In this document: in pieces, positions 30,201 to 39,141 of the stretch
Layout of the letters: every line of letters begins with the position of its first letter
How positions within the stretch are numbered: the stretch's first letter is position 1
From: Caecitellus pseudoparvulus
Taxonomy: Eukaryota > Protista > Bigyra: Bicosoecida
Length of the DNA stretch: 64,000 nucleotides
Assembly (NCBI GenBank): GCA_965644315.1
Contig: CBFFRQ010000018.1
Location: 62,001 to 126,000, forward strand
Reading direction: 5' to 3'
Position numbers and translations under genes: made by a program
Notes under the pieces: model-generated
The model's input: the letters and a program-made list of their open reading frames with translations, nothing else
Told to the model about the DNA's origin: nothing
Databases searched by the model: none

Positions 30201-31172
30201 CAGTCTGCGAAGAAGCGCCCAAGACACGCCTCGCGCATCGTGGCCCAAAGCACACCCCATGGGGGTGTGGTGGAGTTGCAGCCTTCTGCTGTGGGGGTGC
30301 CTCTGGCCTCCCCGCCTCCAAACTTTGCCTTGTCTGCGGAGCGGCCTTCACGGGCGCCTGCAACCGATCACGCCAGCCCCCGGCGCCCATCGGAGCGAGG
30401 GAAGCTGCCCTCGCCAAAGGCAGACATGTTCACCTCCCCTACTGCCTTGCTTGGCTCGGCGCTGTCCCCTGCCTCTGATCGGGACTCTCCTCCTGTCGGT
30501 TTGGGGGACTTGGATGTCTCTCACATTCAGGGTCGAGAGAGCGGCGTCTTTGAGCAGGGCGGCTCAACGCTCGACTTTCACGATACAACTCTCAGCACAT
30601 CCATCAAACCAAGCCACAGCCAGCGCTCCCCTGCTCCTGGTTCGGAAAGCAAAACAGAACCACTGCTGGGAGGTAGCAGCAGTGGCACTGGCGGGGGTGT
30701 GAGTGGCGGGCTGCTGGGAGGTGGCAGCAGTGGCACTGGCGGGGGTGTGAGTGGCGGGCTGCTGGGAGGTGGCAGCAGTGACGTCGGTGGGGGTGTGAGT
30801 GGCGGGCTGCTGGGAGGTGGCAGCAGTGGCACTGGCGGGGGTGTGAGTGGCGGGCTGCTGGGAGGTGGCAGCAGTGGCACTGGCGGGGGTGTGAGTGGCG
30901 GGCTGCTGGGAGGTGGCAGCAGTGGCACTGGCGGGGGTGTGAGTGGCGGGCTGCTGGGAGGTGGCAGCAGTGACGTCGGTGGGGGTGTGAGTGGCGGGCT
31001 GCTGGGAGGTGGCAGCAGTGACGTCGGTGGGGGTGTGAGTGGCGGGCTGCTGGGAGGTGGCAGCAGTGGCACTGGCGGGGGTGTGAGTGGCGGGCTGCTG
31101 GGAGGAACGGGTGGTCTGCTGGGTGGTGCTTTTGGTGGCAGGACATTAGATGATCCACCCGCTTTCGCGTAG
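27285..31172 (+). CDS. NUP85: Nuclear pore complex protein Nup85-like (Y-complex) with extended disordered C-terminus and GLLG repeats
   Basis: Nup85 pattern in order: MWHLSEVCLF, VLEWLQ, LWNAVARCVLTG, LAELLDEFP, RWRQWR, ILETLAC, WDQCLSIRLLYSQP. The ORF opens at 26745; ATG 27285 (gccATG) is the likelier start. Confidence 0.72.
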   Translation: MHRPASAAPAGVGPPPSAALVCLIEDAFTTFLRLKRWQHQGESGLDTVDGTDSQPSSVIRKVSTEFRQSLNAAVQDMQDDGTETSDGGAVAGSLPLWEVLEGVSSMWHLSEVCLFRSSGEPHSHTALVAVLEWLQQYFASGTCMSEDELSLLSSRLLSDQVATEVLWNAVARCVLTGQPHLASPLIFQCSRLNSDPHAVSLAELLDEFPSVLADASAAHSATAGRWRQWRGRVVGYLATLPQASAGDSDALIATRAILETLACKQSAFEDPAPQQTLPAASIVTSMAVHGQVPPATTPPSAQFEVVPPAWDQCLSIRLLYSQPAGDWSAASVVAALLDALKGAGEESEFVATLAAVAAGELQPAVAFAEAHGVPLLGLFWVDLLATAARFGLLRGPQPSPRLVSRLADDLVAASLTSLAELACHPALPEAAPDADIQLAVEGDAGEVAVQGTPLPPRLLLLAVGTTVGAAVPSQSPAADALVHLWTKVGWHGEEEAHTVWAYVQHLAAGLVARTTGKAVRVPTTAFGLPHQRAHLARFARVCAQCLSARAATIVWLRLAQVWSPSASDQAGLWLQSREEGRSGLLASLPPPSSSYDTNAFEEWAGQVGRGTAFGALACQRALAWALRSNHQATLERVGSHLCDLGLQALQGVHITGAPALAGDAGELFTQLAFQAAGGALPAASPGEAYTHLAVALGCMPRLAIPSAAAPHLHSAVNLLRLLSALHDVQGFTSCLPFTLQQTSVSGLPQDTDPALRHLSQREASSHLDHLWRAVGTGMCEVLWRSGGPLHGNLAPGCVTSSTADARTSAAVLVWAHGSGLLASAASPFTAAQATSLVRVGVALFSPLLQEAPLFAPYQLSTPALGLPTTASAVQVYRDVLGSVAQAASRSVMLAPHEEQVSGWASGDRVGASVLKALSGTVWRYTEGALGAGTVSRVALGVAHIPVPGLPQTGEGGMPLLPPPSAGPTPFAFQSAKKRPRHASRIVAQSTPHGGVVELQPSAVGVPLASPPPNFALSAERPSRAPATDHASPRRPSERGKLPSPKADMFTSPTALLGSALSPASDRDSPPVGLGDLDVSHIQGRESGVFEQGGSTLDFHDTTLSTSIKPSHSQRSPAPGSESKTEPLLGGSSSGTGGGVSGGLLGGGSSGTGGGVSGGLLGGGSSDVGGGVSGGLLGGGSSGTGGGVSGGLLGGGSSGTGGGVSGGLLGGGSSGTGGGVSGGLLGGGSSDVGGGVSGGLLGGGSSDVGGGVSGGLLGGGSSGTGGGVSGGLLGGTGGLLGGAFGGRTLDDPPAFA
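30663..31139 (+). repeat. 48-bp coding tandem repeat x9 (LLGGGSS[GT/DV]GGGVSGG) plus degenerate tail
   Basis: Units start at 30663, 30711, ... with a partial unit at 31095. Two variants (ggcactggc vs gacgtcggt) occur in the order A A B A A A B B A. Confidence 0.96.
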
Positions 31173-31178
31173 GCGTGA

Positions 31179-31186
31179 AATGCATT
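31179..31186. terminator. AATGCATT palindrome between convergent NUP85 and the exonuclease-like gene
   Basis: Begins 7 nt after the NUP85 TAG and overlaps the TGA of the minus-strand gene (TGAATGCATT). Confidence 0.6.
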
Positions 31187-32514
31187 CACCCCGCTGGTGG
31201 GTCCTTTTTTTTGTTTCGCTGCCGGCGCACTTCAGTCCGCAGCGAAGGCTGTGCAGAGCCGCGATGCAAGTGCAAGTGGAAGGCTTGGGTGCGCTTGCGC
31301 AGCGACAGGTGTGTTCGCTGGGGGATGAAGTTGTCATCAGCGTACCAAGAGCGCAGTGGCAAAGCCCACAATGCAGAGAGGTCGCTATCAAGCACACTGT
31401 GTTGTAAAGATGGCTGTAGCAGTCTAGATGAACTGCGAGACCGCACGCGTGGGGATGCATGCGCTTGATTCTTGTCCGCAGATTTAAAGGGCGGCTTGCT
31501 CAGGTGAGCCTGCGCCTCCTGCGTGCAGGCCAAGCGCTGAGGCAGGGAAGCCATAAGGAGGCTTGCGACACTCGACCCCACTGCCGCGTGGAGTTGCTGT
31601 GCACATGTTTCCTCGAACTCCCTCCATACCTCTCGTGCACTTGCGGCAGCAAGGGAATCACCAAACGTTGCATCGGGTGCCAGCGCCGGCTGGGGTGTGA
31701 GGACAGCAACTGCATCTGCGATGGACGCACTGTGAAGCTGCACCACCTGCTCCAGTCCATATCCCGTCAGGAATGGCGTGTCTTGGAGGAGATCGTCCAC
31801 GCACCCATGCCGAGCAAGGGTGCTCGTGCTGCGCTGCCGGCTCGGCTGCCCCACACGACGAATGCCACAGTCCGGGAAACCGATTAGGGACCAGAGGTGG
31901 GGGAGTTGCGGTGGATGGCAGCCATAGAGCAACTGTAGGGCTGTATAGGTGCCTTCAAACAGCAGGAGGCTCGGCCCTGTCATGGCGTCCCTCGGCACCA
32001 TGGCGTGCCACTCAGCTACTGACGTTGCAGGCCCAGAAACCAGAGGCCGTAGAAGGGGATCGGAACTGAAGATGACCCGGCGATGGTCAGACCCAGTGGC
32101 GTGACTTGCACTGCACCATCGGGCGATGACATCTCGCGCCTCTGCCGTGGGGCTGGCGAACAGCGACGAGCTGGGCAGGTTGGGTGGAATCCAGGCGCAG
32201 CCCTCTCTGGCCGACGCAGAGCCTGACACTTGCTGCGCCGCCCAGTGCGCGCCAAGCCAGCGAGATTCAACACATGCAGTACCGTGCTGTGCTCGCATGT
32301 GGCGCCGGGGTGTCTTGGTGCCGGCCCACACGAACTGAACGCCGTCCACGCCAGCGTAGTGATCGAGGGCCAGACACACGGCTCGGGACAGAAGCACTTT
32401 GGAGAAGGGCTGCACTGCTCGTGGGTGCACAGTCGGACTACATGATGCCAGGTGGGACGCGTACTGGAGACTGCGCCCCGTGAGGCTGGAGAGGTCCACG
32501 AGCAAACTCGCCAT
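31186..32514 (-). CDS. Degenerate 5'-3' exonuclease (Pol I N-terminal/FEN-like PIN + H3TH) homolog, probably catalytically inactive
   Basis: LLVDLSSL, EARDVIARW (cf. EADDVIATL), IFSSDPLLRPLV (cf. IVSSDKDLxQLV) and PPQLPHLWSLIGFPDCGIRRVG...LARHGCVDDLL (cf. PxQxxDYxALxGDxSDNIPGV...LxxYGSLExL) occur in the expected order and spacing. Confidence 0.6.
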   Translation of the reverse strand: MASLLVDLSSLTGRSLQYASHLASCSPTVHPRAVQPFSKVLLSRAVCLALDHYAGVDGVQFVWAGTKTPRRHMRAQHGTACVESRWLGAHWAAQQVSGSASAREGCAWIPPNLPSSSLFASPTAEARDVIARWCSASHATGSDHRRVIFSSDPLLRPLVSGPATSVAEWHAMVPRDAMTGPSLLLFEGTYTALQLLYGCHPPQLPHLWSLIGFPDCGIRRVGQPSRQRSTSTLARHGCVDDLLQDTPFLTGYGLEQVVQLHSASIADAVAVLTPQPALAPDATFGDSLAAASAREVWREFEETCAQQLHAAVGSSVASLLMASLPQRLACTQEAQAHLSKPPFKSADKNQAHASPRVRSRSSSRLLQPSLQHSVLDSDLSALWALPLRSWYADDNFIPQRTHLSLRKRTQAFHLHLHRGSAQPSLRTEVRRQRNKKKDPPAG

Positions 32515-32683
32515 GCCGCAAGAATGTCGGACGAAACGCAGGTAAAACGCTCCTGCCTTGAGACGTCGCGGCCCAAAACCCAGAAACGCACACTGACTTC
32601 CACAACTGGTTTTCCACCGTGCTTTGTGTTTTCAATAGTGTCGCTTTTCTGTGTATTGTAGCTGCGGGTGCGTGGCAAGAGCC
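32515..32683. promoter_or_regulatory. Probable bidirectional promoter (169 bp) between the divergent exonuclease-like gene and UBC7
   Basis: Head-to-head ATGs at 32514 (-) and 32684 (+); the interval is AT-richer, with T-tracts. Confidence 0.5.
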
Positions 32684-33334
32684 ATGGCAGCTCTCAAGCG
32701 CCTGCGCTCGGAGTTCAGCAACATGGTTAGGAATCCTACAGAGGGCATTGTTGCCGGGCCTGTGTCCCCTGAGAACTTGCTGGAGTGGGATTGCTACATC
32801 ATGGGACCCCCAGACACTGTGTATGAGTACGGCTTCTTCCACGCAAAGCTGACGTTCCCGAAGGACTACCCGATGTCGCCGGTGAGACGCCCCAGCTGAG
32901 GTTGCGCCCGAGGGACAGGGAAGCACGCTGGCCTGCTGCCCTACGCAGCCGAAGATGGTGTTTGACCCCCCTATTTGGCACCCGAACATTTATGACTCAG
33001 GCTCTGTACGTGAGCCAGCTGAAGAGGTCAAATGCCTTCCTGCGCATGCGGAAATCGCCACTTCCAACGCCAACACGCCTCACAGAGAGCTGGGGAAGTG
33101 TGCATCTCAATCCTGCACGCTGGCCAAGACCAGTTCGGCTACGAACAAACGTCAGAGCGCTGGACTCCGGTGCAGCGCGTGGAGAAGATCTTGCTGTCCG
33201 TCGTGAGCATGCTGGCAGAGCCAAACATCGAGTCGCCGGCTGGCGTGGATGCCGCGAAGCAGTGGCGTGATGACAGGGAGGGCTTCGCTGCCAAGGTGAA
33301 GCGCCAGGTGGAGGCCAGCCTGGACTTGTTGTGA
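32684..33334 (+). CDS. UBC7: Ubiquitin-conjugating enzyme E2 G2 / Ubc7, 3 exons
   Basis: Introns 32882-32948 (67 nt) and 33006-33085 (80 nt). The protein has [26 protein letters not shown], the Ubc7-type loop insertion, and [29 protein letters not shown]. Confidence 0.95.
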
Positions 33335-33352
33335 CCTGCTGCATGGCGGTGT

Positions 33353-33360
33353 AATGCATT
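33353..33360. terminator. AATGCATT palindrome between convergent UBC7 and PRORP
   Basis: Begins 19 nt after the UBC7 TGA and overlaps the PRORP stop (TGAATGCATT on the minus strand). Confidence 0.6.
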
Positions 33361-35384
33361 CACTGTTCTGCGGGCCACGTGGCCACCCACCGCTCGCCCG
33401 CCTCCTCTACCAGCGGCATGAACCAGCCGTGCTGGCCGCCCTGCATGCGCGCAGAGTAAGGCGGCGGCGGGCGAAAGCGGAGGGAGACCGTGGACGGCGC
33501 CGCCTCCTCGCTAGCTGCGTCGCCTTGCTCGTGCAGGCAGATGTAGTAGGTGATCTGGTGCCGCTCTCGCCACTTGAGGAAGCTCGTGGGAGCCAGCATG
33601 CGGAAGTGGTGGTCGCGCATTTGGTCATTGCTCACCACCCGCACACTGCCACGCGTCCCATCACTGCCCACACACGTGACTGCCGCGTACAGCCAGTACC
33701 AGTCATCGTTGTTCCCTCGCTGCACCTCAAACAGGCTGCCGATGGAGCGCCACCGGTCACGGTACGCAGCCAGCCGCTCCACCTCGCTGGTGCCACTGCT
33801 GGTGTCTGCAGGCGCTGTGCTCGGTGCAGAGCCCACGTCGCTGCCTGCTGCGGCAGCTGGCGGGGCAGGGGCCGGGGCGGGTAGTGAGCCGTCGTGGCGG
33901 CGCTTCTGGGCGCCGTTCGAGGCTCGCTTGAAGGGGGCAGTGTTGGTGGTGGGCTGGAACCACTTGCCATGCAGCACCACCAGCACCTTCAGTCCCTTTG
34001 ACGCGAAGTGTGTGACGACTGCGTCGATTTGAGCATGCGAGAACGCACCACCGACGTAGTTTTGGTTGTAGAAACCGACGTTGGCGGCGTCCACGAGGAT
34101 GTCAACGGGCCCGATGCTGCCCAGGAACTCCTTGAAGGCGGCGAACTGGGCCGTCCTGCGCTCCCCCTTGCAGGCCAGCTGCTCTGCTTGCTGGGCCAAA
34201 TGGGCCAGTTCGCCCGGCTGCACGTCCAAAGAGGCGAGGCTGGTGCCTGACGGCTCAAACACGCCAGAGCGGTTCACTGCGCCCTCCCCGCTCAGCCAGC
34301 GCCTGCCCCCGCCAGTGCTCTCGTGCAGCTCATACAGCGAAACCACAGCGGCTGCCGTGTCGCGTGAGACGCGGTGCACGGCCCCTGCCAGCTCAGCCAG
34401 CAGTGTTTCAGCGTAGGCCCACCAGTCTGCGTCACTGGCCGTGGAGGGTGCCGCGCCAGCTGCGCCCGCCTGGAGCCGGGCTGTGATGGCGCGCAGCATG
34501 GCGGCGTAGGCCTGCTCCGTGACAGTGACTCCCGCCGCTAGCATGCGCTGCAAGACTGCCTTGGCGGTGTCAGCGTCGCCCGCTGCCGCGAGGGCCTGCA
34601 GCACAGGCAAGAAGGTGCGGCCCCGCGCAGCGACCTGCCTGGCCGCCATGCTGTCCAGGTACTGCAGAGCGGTGTGTGGCTTGCCCACACCACACATGGC
34701 ACGGATGGCGGAGGAGTAGGCTGACTCCTTCAGCGCCACGCCAGGCGCTGCCTGGGCTGCCGCCACCACCTCCTGCGTCACCGCCGTCAACTGTTCGTGG
34801 GTCAGGGAGCAGTCTGCAGCCTTGCGCAGGAAGGTGGGTCCCCCACCAGGCGCAGCTGCCGTGGCTGCCAGCATGGACGCAGGCGTGCGCACGACGCCCT
34901 TTCGGCGTTTGGGGGCGTTGGCGGTGACGGGCGCCGCCTCACCCGTGGCAGCTGTCGCACACAGGTTCAGGAGCAGGCCGTACATGTACTCCGTGAGCGG
35001 GGCGCCCTGGGCCTTGGCTGACGCATACAGGTCCAGGGCCGCTTGGAGGTCATTCTCATGGGCTGCCTCGTTGAAACCCTTGCGCAAAGCAGCCTGCGCC
35101 GCGGCACGCGAACGTGTGTGTCTGGGCCACTGTGCAGCACAGCACCGCGCCCGAGGGAGGAGGCGGGAGGCATGCAGAATGCATGGGGAGGGAGGGTGGG
35201 GACTTACCTTGTCCAGGGGCTCCCCGGCTTTGGGAGAGCTGCCTTCACCCCCGCCAGACGCCATGTGCGAAAATGCGTGCCAGGACAGCTGCGGAAGTTG
35301 ACCGCAGTACGGTCCGCCGCAAAGGTTCGCGGATAGGGGCCTGAAGGCGAGCAGCAGCCTCGGCAGGGAGGGCAGACGCATCAT
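33360..35384 (-). CDS. PRORP: Protein-only RNase P (PPR repeats + NYN metallonuclease)
   Basis: PPR-like helices (YMYGLLLNLC, ESAYSSAIRA, RTFLPVLQAL, EQAYAAMLRA) and NYN motifs DILVDAANVG, NDDWYWLYAA and VVSNDQMRDHHF. A probable in-frame intron starts at GTAAGT 35207 and ends at 35130 or 35094. Confidence 0.93.
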   Translation of the reverse strand: MMRLPSLPRLLLAFRPLSANLCGGPYCGQLPQLSWHAFSHMASGGGEGSSPKAGEPLDKVSPHPPSPCILHASRLLPRARCCAAQWPRHTRSRAAAQAALRKGFNEAAHENDLQAALDLYASAKAQGAPLTEYMYGLLLNLCATAATGEAAPVTANAPKRRKGVVRTPASMLAATAAAPGGGPTFLRKAADCSLTHEQLTAVTQEVVAAAQAAPGVALKESAYSSAIRAMCGVGKPHTALQYLDSMAARQVAARGRTFLPVLQALAAAGDADTAKAVLQRMLAAGVTVTEQAYAAMLRAITARLQAGAAGAAPSTASDADWWAYAETLLAELAGAVHRVSRDTAAAVVSLYELHESTGGGRRWLSGEGAVNRSGVFEPSGTSLASLDVQPGELAHLAQQAEQLACKGERRTAQFAAFKEFLGSIGPVDILVDAANVGFYNQNYVGGAFSHAQIDAVVTHFASKGLKVLVVLHGKWFQPTTNTAPFKRASNGAQKRRHDGSLPAPAPAPPAAAAGSDVGSAPSTAPADTSSGTSEVERLAAYRDRWRSIGSLFEVQRGNNDDWYWLYAAVTCVGSDGTRGSVRVVSNDQMRDHHFRMLAPTSFLKWRERHQITYYICLHEQGDAASEEAAPSTVSLRFRPPPPYSARMQGGQHGWFMPLVEEAGERWVATWPAEQ

Positions 35385-35631
35385 GGCTGCGCTGAGCGGC
35401 ACCCCGTACAATTTGTAGTTTGACCCTCGCGCCCTGCAGCACACACAGCACTCACGGCTCGCAGAGCCACCCCCCACAAGCCACACTTGCAAGGGTGGGC
35501 AGCATGGGGGGGTGTTGACATCTCACCACAGACGGGCGTGTGTCCTTCACACAATCACTCACACACGCATCCCAGGCCTCGCTACATGTTGTTGACGCTG
35601 ACCTGTCAAGCCAACACCCACCGCCTTCACC

Positions 35632-36921
35632 ATGCTGCGCATCGCCACCCTCCTGGCCGCCGCTGCAGTGGCTGCTGCCACTGGCGTGCCTTCCTTCTCT
35701 CCCCAGTGGTGCGTTCTAACAGTCGCCTCGGTGCACGGCGGGCCCCCCTGGCGCGCTGCCCGGCTCTTGGCCAAGCAGCCGTGCTCGGCGTGGTGAACGT
35801 GCCAGGGACACATCCGCCTGCTGCCGCCCCCGCCCTGCACCGCGTGTCCTTGTACTTCACAGGAGTGCTGCTGTCACCCAGCACATGGTCGTGAACCAGG
35901 GTGGCCAGACCTCCGGCAACGGCAGTGCGTGCGGTGGAGCCAGCCCTGACTGCCGACCGCCACACCACACCTTCCTGCTGCCTGCCGCCGCCTGCAGACA
36001 TCTGCTGCCCCTTCAACGCCCCTGAGTGCAAGGTGCAGACTGGCTACTCTGTCTCCAAGCAGTATTTCGATTTCACCAACAACCGGTGCGTGGCCCGCCT
36101 GCAGCGGTGGCAGACGGCGAGGCGTGCACGGCACCTTCCCCTCACGGCACGTTCCCGCAGCACCGCCACGTTCTACTCCAACGGCGTCGGCGTCGTCGCC
36201 CTCTTCAACGATGGCAAGGAGTACGAGGTCAACTCCCAGGGCGCCTGCCAGTCCTACTGCCCCATCGAGGGCGGCATGCTGCGTACGTGACCACGGCTGG
36301 TGTAGTGCACTGCCGCTTCTCCCAGCCTTGCCCTGGGGCGCGCTCCTGCCTGCATGTGCCGCACCCTGCACACTTGCTGGCCCTGCACAGCTTTCGGCAT
36401 CCCCAGCTCTGCTGAGGACAAGGGCTCTGCCACCTACAACGGCAAGCAGGCTGACCTGTTCGAGTCCAGCTCCGAGGTGAGGCAACCCCGCACGTCCTTG
36501 CCACACCTCTCTGCAGCCCGACACCCACGCCCCGCCGCCTCCCTTCCCCCAGTTCCCCATCCTGAACGTCACCATGTCTGTCCAGGACTTCTACATCGTG
36601 CCTGGCTCCCAGACCAACGCTGTGCCCATTGCCTTCGTCCAGCACCTGACTCCCTTCGGCGAGCAGATCGGCGGACAGACCACCCTGTTCGAGAACTGGA
36701 CCAACGGCGCCCCCGATGCCACCAAGTTCGTCGTGACTGGCAAGGCCTCTTGCCCTGAGGCCAACAACTGCGGGGGCTCCTCCTCCGGCGGCTCTGGCAG
36801 CCACTCCGGCAGCTCTTCCTCCCCCTCTGGCCACAAGGCCCGCTACCTGGAGGCCACCGCGACCCCTGCCGGCTACTCCGCCCCCTCTGCTCTCATGCAG
36901 GCTGTCGCCAAGCGCCAGTAA
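35632..36921 (+). CDS. Secreted ependymin-related (EPDR/LolA-fold-like) protein, 6 exons
   Basis: Introns 35709-35862, 35925-35997, 36086-36160, 36283-36390 and 36477-36552 join into one ORF: signal peptide MLRIATLLAAAAVAAA, PSFSPQWSA, QYFDFTNNR, Cys pairs, FENWTNGAPDATKFVV..C. C-ending codon bias is strong. The gene model is firm; the family call is tentative. Confidence 0.7.
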
Positions 36922-37053
36922 GCACTTGACGCTGCCACCCCAGCTCCCGCGCGCACGGCCCACGCCACTCGCTGCAATGCACTGCCTGGGCTCAAATTCC
37001 ACACGCTTGCCAGTCCAGCCAGGGCAGGGTCGCGAGGGCGCCGAGTGTCAGCC

Positions 37054-38956
37054 ATGGCGTTCTCTGGCCCCAGAGTGCCGCCGCCAGCGGCGCTGGGCGC
37101 AGCGCACCGGCCCCATGTGAAGATGCTGCGCCCTATCACACGGCACCTGTGCGAGGTGGCGACAGAGCCAGAGAGCAGGCCGCTCTCCACGCGCCTGGTG
37201 CCTGCCATGGCTGCAGATGTGACGCCCAAGGACACCGGCGCTGTCATCAAGCTGCTCACGTCCATGCACTGCTTCCTGTCCGAGGTGCGTGCCTGGCAAG
37301 CCAGCTCTCGCCAAGCCAGCGGCACGCCCACGACGCCTGTTTGCTGCTGCTGCTGCGCAGTGGAGGCACTTGAAGCGGGTGATGAGGTCCATCCCGACGC
37401 CCGAAGAAGTGGCACAGGTAGAACTGGGTGCCACGCTGGACACAGTGCCTGTGCACCCGCCGCTCAGTGCGCCTGGTGCCCTGCGGGTTTTGCTGTGTGC
37501 CTCCTCTGCGTTCGCCGCTCTGCCGGCAGAGGGCGTGGAGCAGCTGCGCAGCATCACGCATGGCCTGGTGCAGGTGCAGGTCCCATGTGAGCCGCCGCTG
37601 AAGAAGGAGGAGCTGTTCAGGGAGTCCAAGTGGGTGTGGCCTCAGAACGTCCTGGCCAGCGGCCCGCCCCCTCCCTCGCCCCCCAACGCTGCCGAAACGC
37701 GTGTCATGCTGCGGTGCATGCGCCAAGCGTGGGCAGCGGCACTGGCTGCAGCTGCCAAGGGCGTCAACCCCTCCTTGTGTGCTTGCCTCATCCACGACCC
37801 CATCGCCGACACAGTCATGGCTGTGGATGTCTCGGCTGCCCGCGACCGCATGCCACGCACCACCACTGCTGGCGTGTCTCTGGCCGACGAGGGCGGGCTG
37901 CCTGGCGACCTGGCCTTCCGCGCCACGCCGGCAGGCACCCCCTCTGCAGACAGCCCACGTGTGGCGGTGGCCACAGCCGACAGCCAGGTGGTGGCGGCCA
38001 GTGCGCTGCGCAGTAGCCAGGTCACGGCCCAGCTCCCCGCGCTGTGTGACAAGTACGGGCTGAGCCTGCTGTCGCCCGACAAGCAGGAGACGTACATGCA
38101 GGGGCAGGTGCCGCACATGGTGCCGCCCCAGCCCGTGGCGGCGCCGCCGCCCCCCCGCCATGACGCTGGCAAGCCGCCCACCCCCATCATGACCACGGAC
38201 GGCCCCATCCACATCACTGACTCCCTGGAGGGGCCGCCCGCCGTCAAGCGCCAGCGCACAGACGACATCCTGCCCGGTGGCAACGTGCACCGCGGCATCA
38301 CAGTGCCCCACCCCGACCCCGCCCACACCGAGCGGGAGCTGGGCGACGCCTTTGGCCAGGCACTGCCCCTGCCGCTGTCCACACTGCACACGGCAGTCAT
38401 GCGCTGCGTGCAGCAGGTGGCAGCCCAGGACAAGGTGCGCCACGAGACGGGGCACCCGCCGTACGCCCACCGCGCTGCCTTCGCCAACAGCGTCCCTGTT
38501 GTGCCAGGCGACGCCCACGTGCCGCGCGCACCCTCCCCCCCCCGAGACCTGCACGCCCCAGCAGGGGGGGATGACGCCGCTGCCACCTCCAGCGGATCAC
38601 AGGCTGCTGCCTCGGGGGCCGCCAGTCCGCCCAGCAGCCCCGCTAGCCAGGGCAGTGGCGAGGACAGCGACGGGCCGCCTAGCCGGTACCTATGCACTGG
38701 CTTTGACGTGTACCTGACCTTTGAGCCAGAGCCCATGGACGCTATGGCCCTCGTACACGCCCGCGTGCGGCGGGTGGTGTACTGCCTGCCCAACCTGTCC
38801 GAGGGCGCGCTGGGCACGCGCCTCATGCTGCACGAACAGCGGCAGCTGAACCACCACTACAGGGTCTTCCGTGTTCTCGAGGCGCCCCAGACCATCCTCA
38901 AGTACGGCGCACCCCCACCCTTGCCTGCCCCTGGCTCAGCAGCAGCAGCAGTGTGA
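37054..38956 (+). CDS. TAD3: tRNA adenosine-34 deaminase non-catalytic subunit ADAT3/Tad3, 2 exons
   Basis: Intron 37285-37360 (76 nt). Motifs [45 protein letters not shown] and GALGT..LH...LNHHYRVF. Confidence 0.9.
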
Positions 38957-38963
38957 ATGCATT
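38956..38963. terminator. AATGCATT palindrome fused to the TAD3 stop codon
   Basis: TGAATGCATT at 38954-38963. Confidence 0.6.
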
Positions 38964-39141
38964 CCTGGATTGTATCGTTGAAAAGGATCTGGCGCCAAAC
39001 TCAAACAGCGATCCCACCGTATACCAAGTGCCTCGGTGTCTGCTCTTCCATCGTTTGCCAATTCTTCGGCAGTTTGGACAAAAATGACGCGCCTGACACG
39101 CCCAAAGTACTCACACAGCATAGATACACACATGATCGAGG

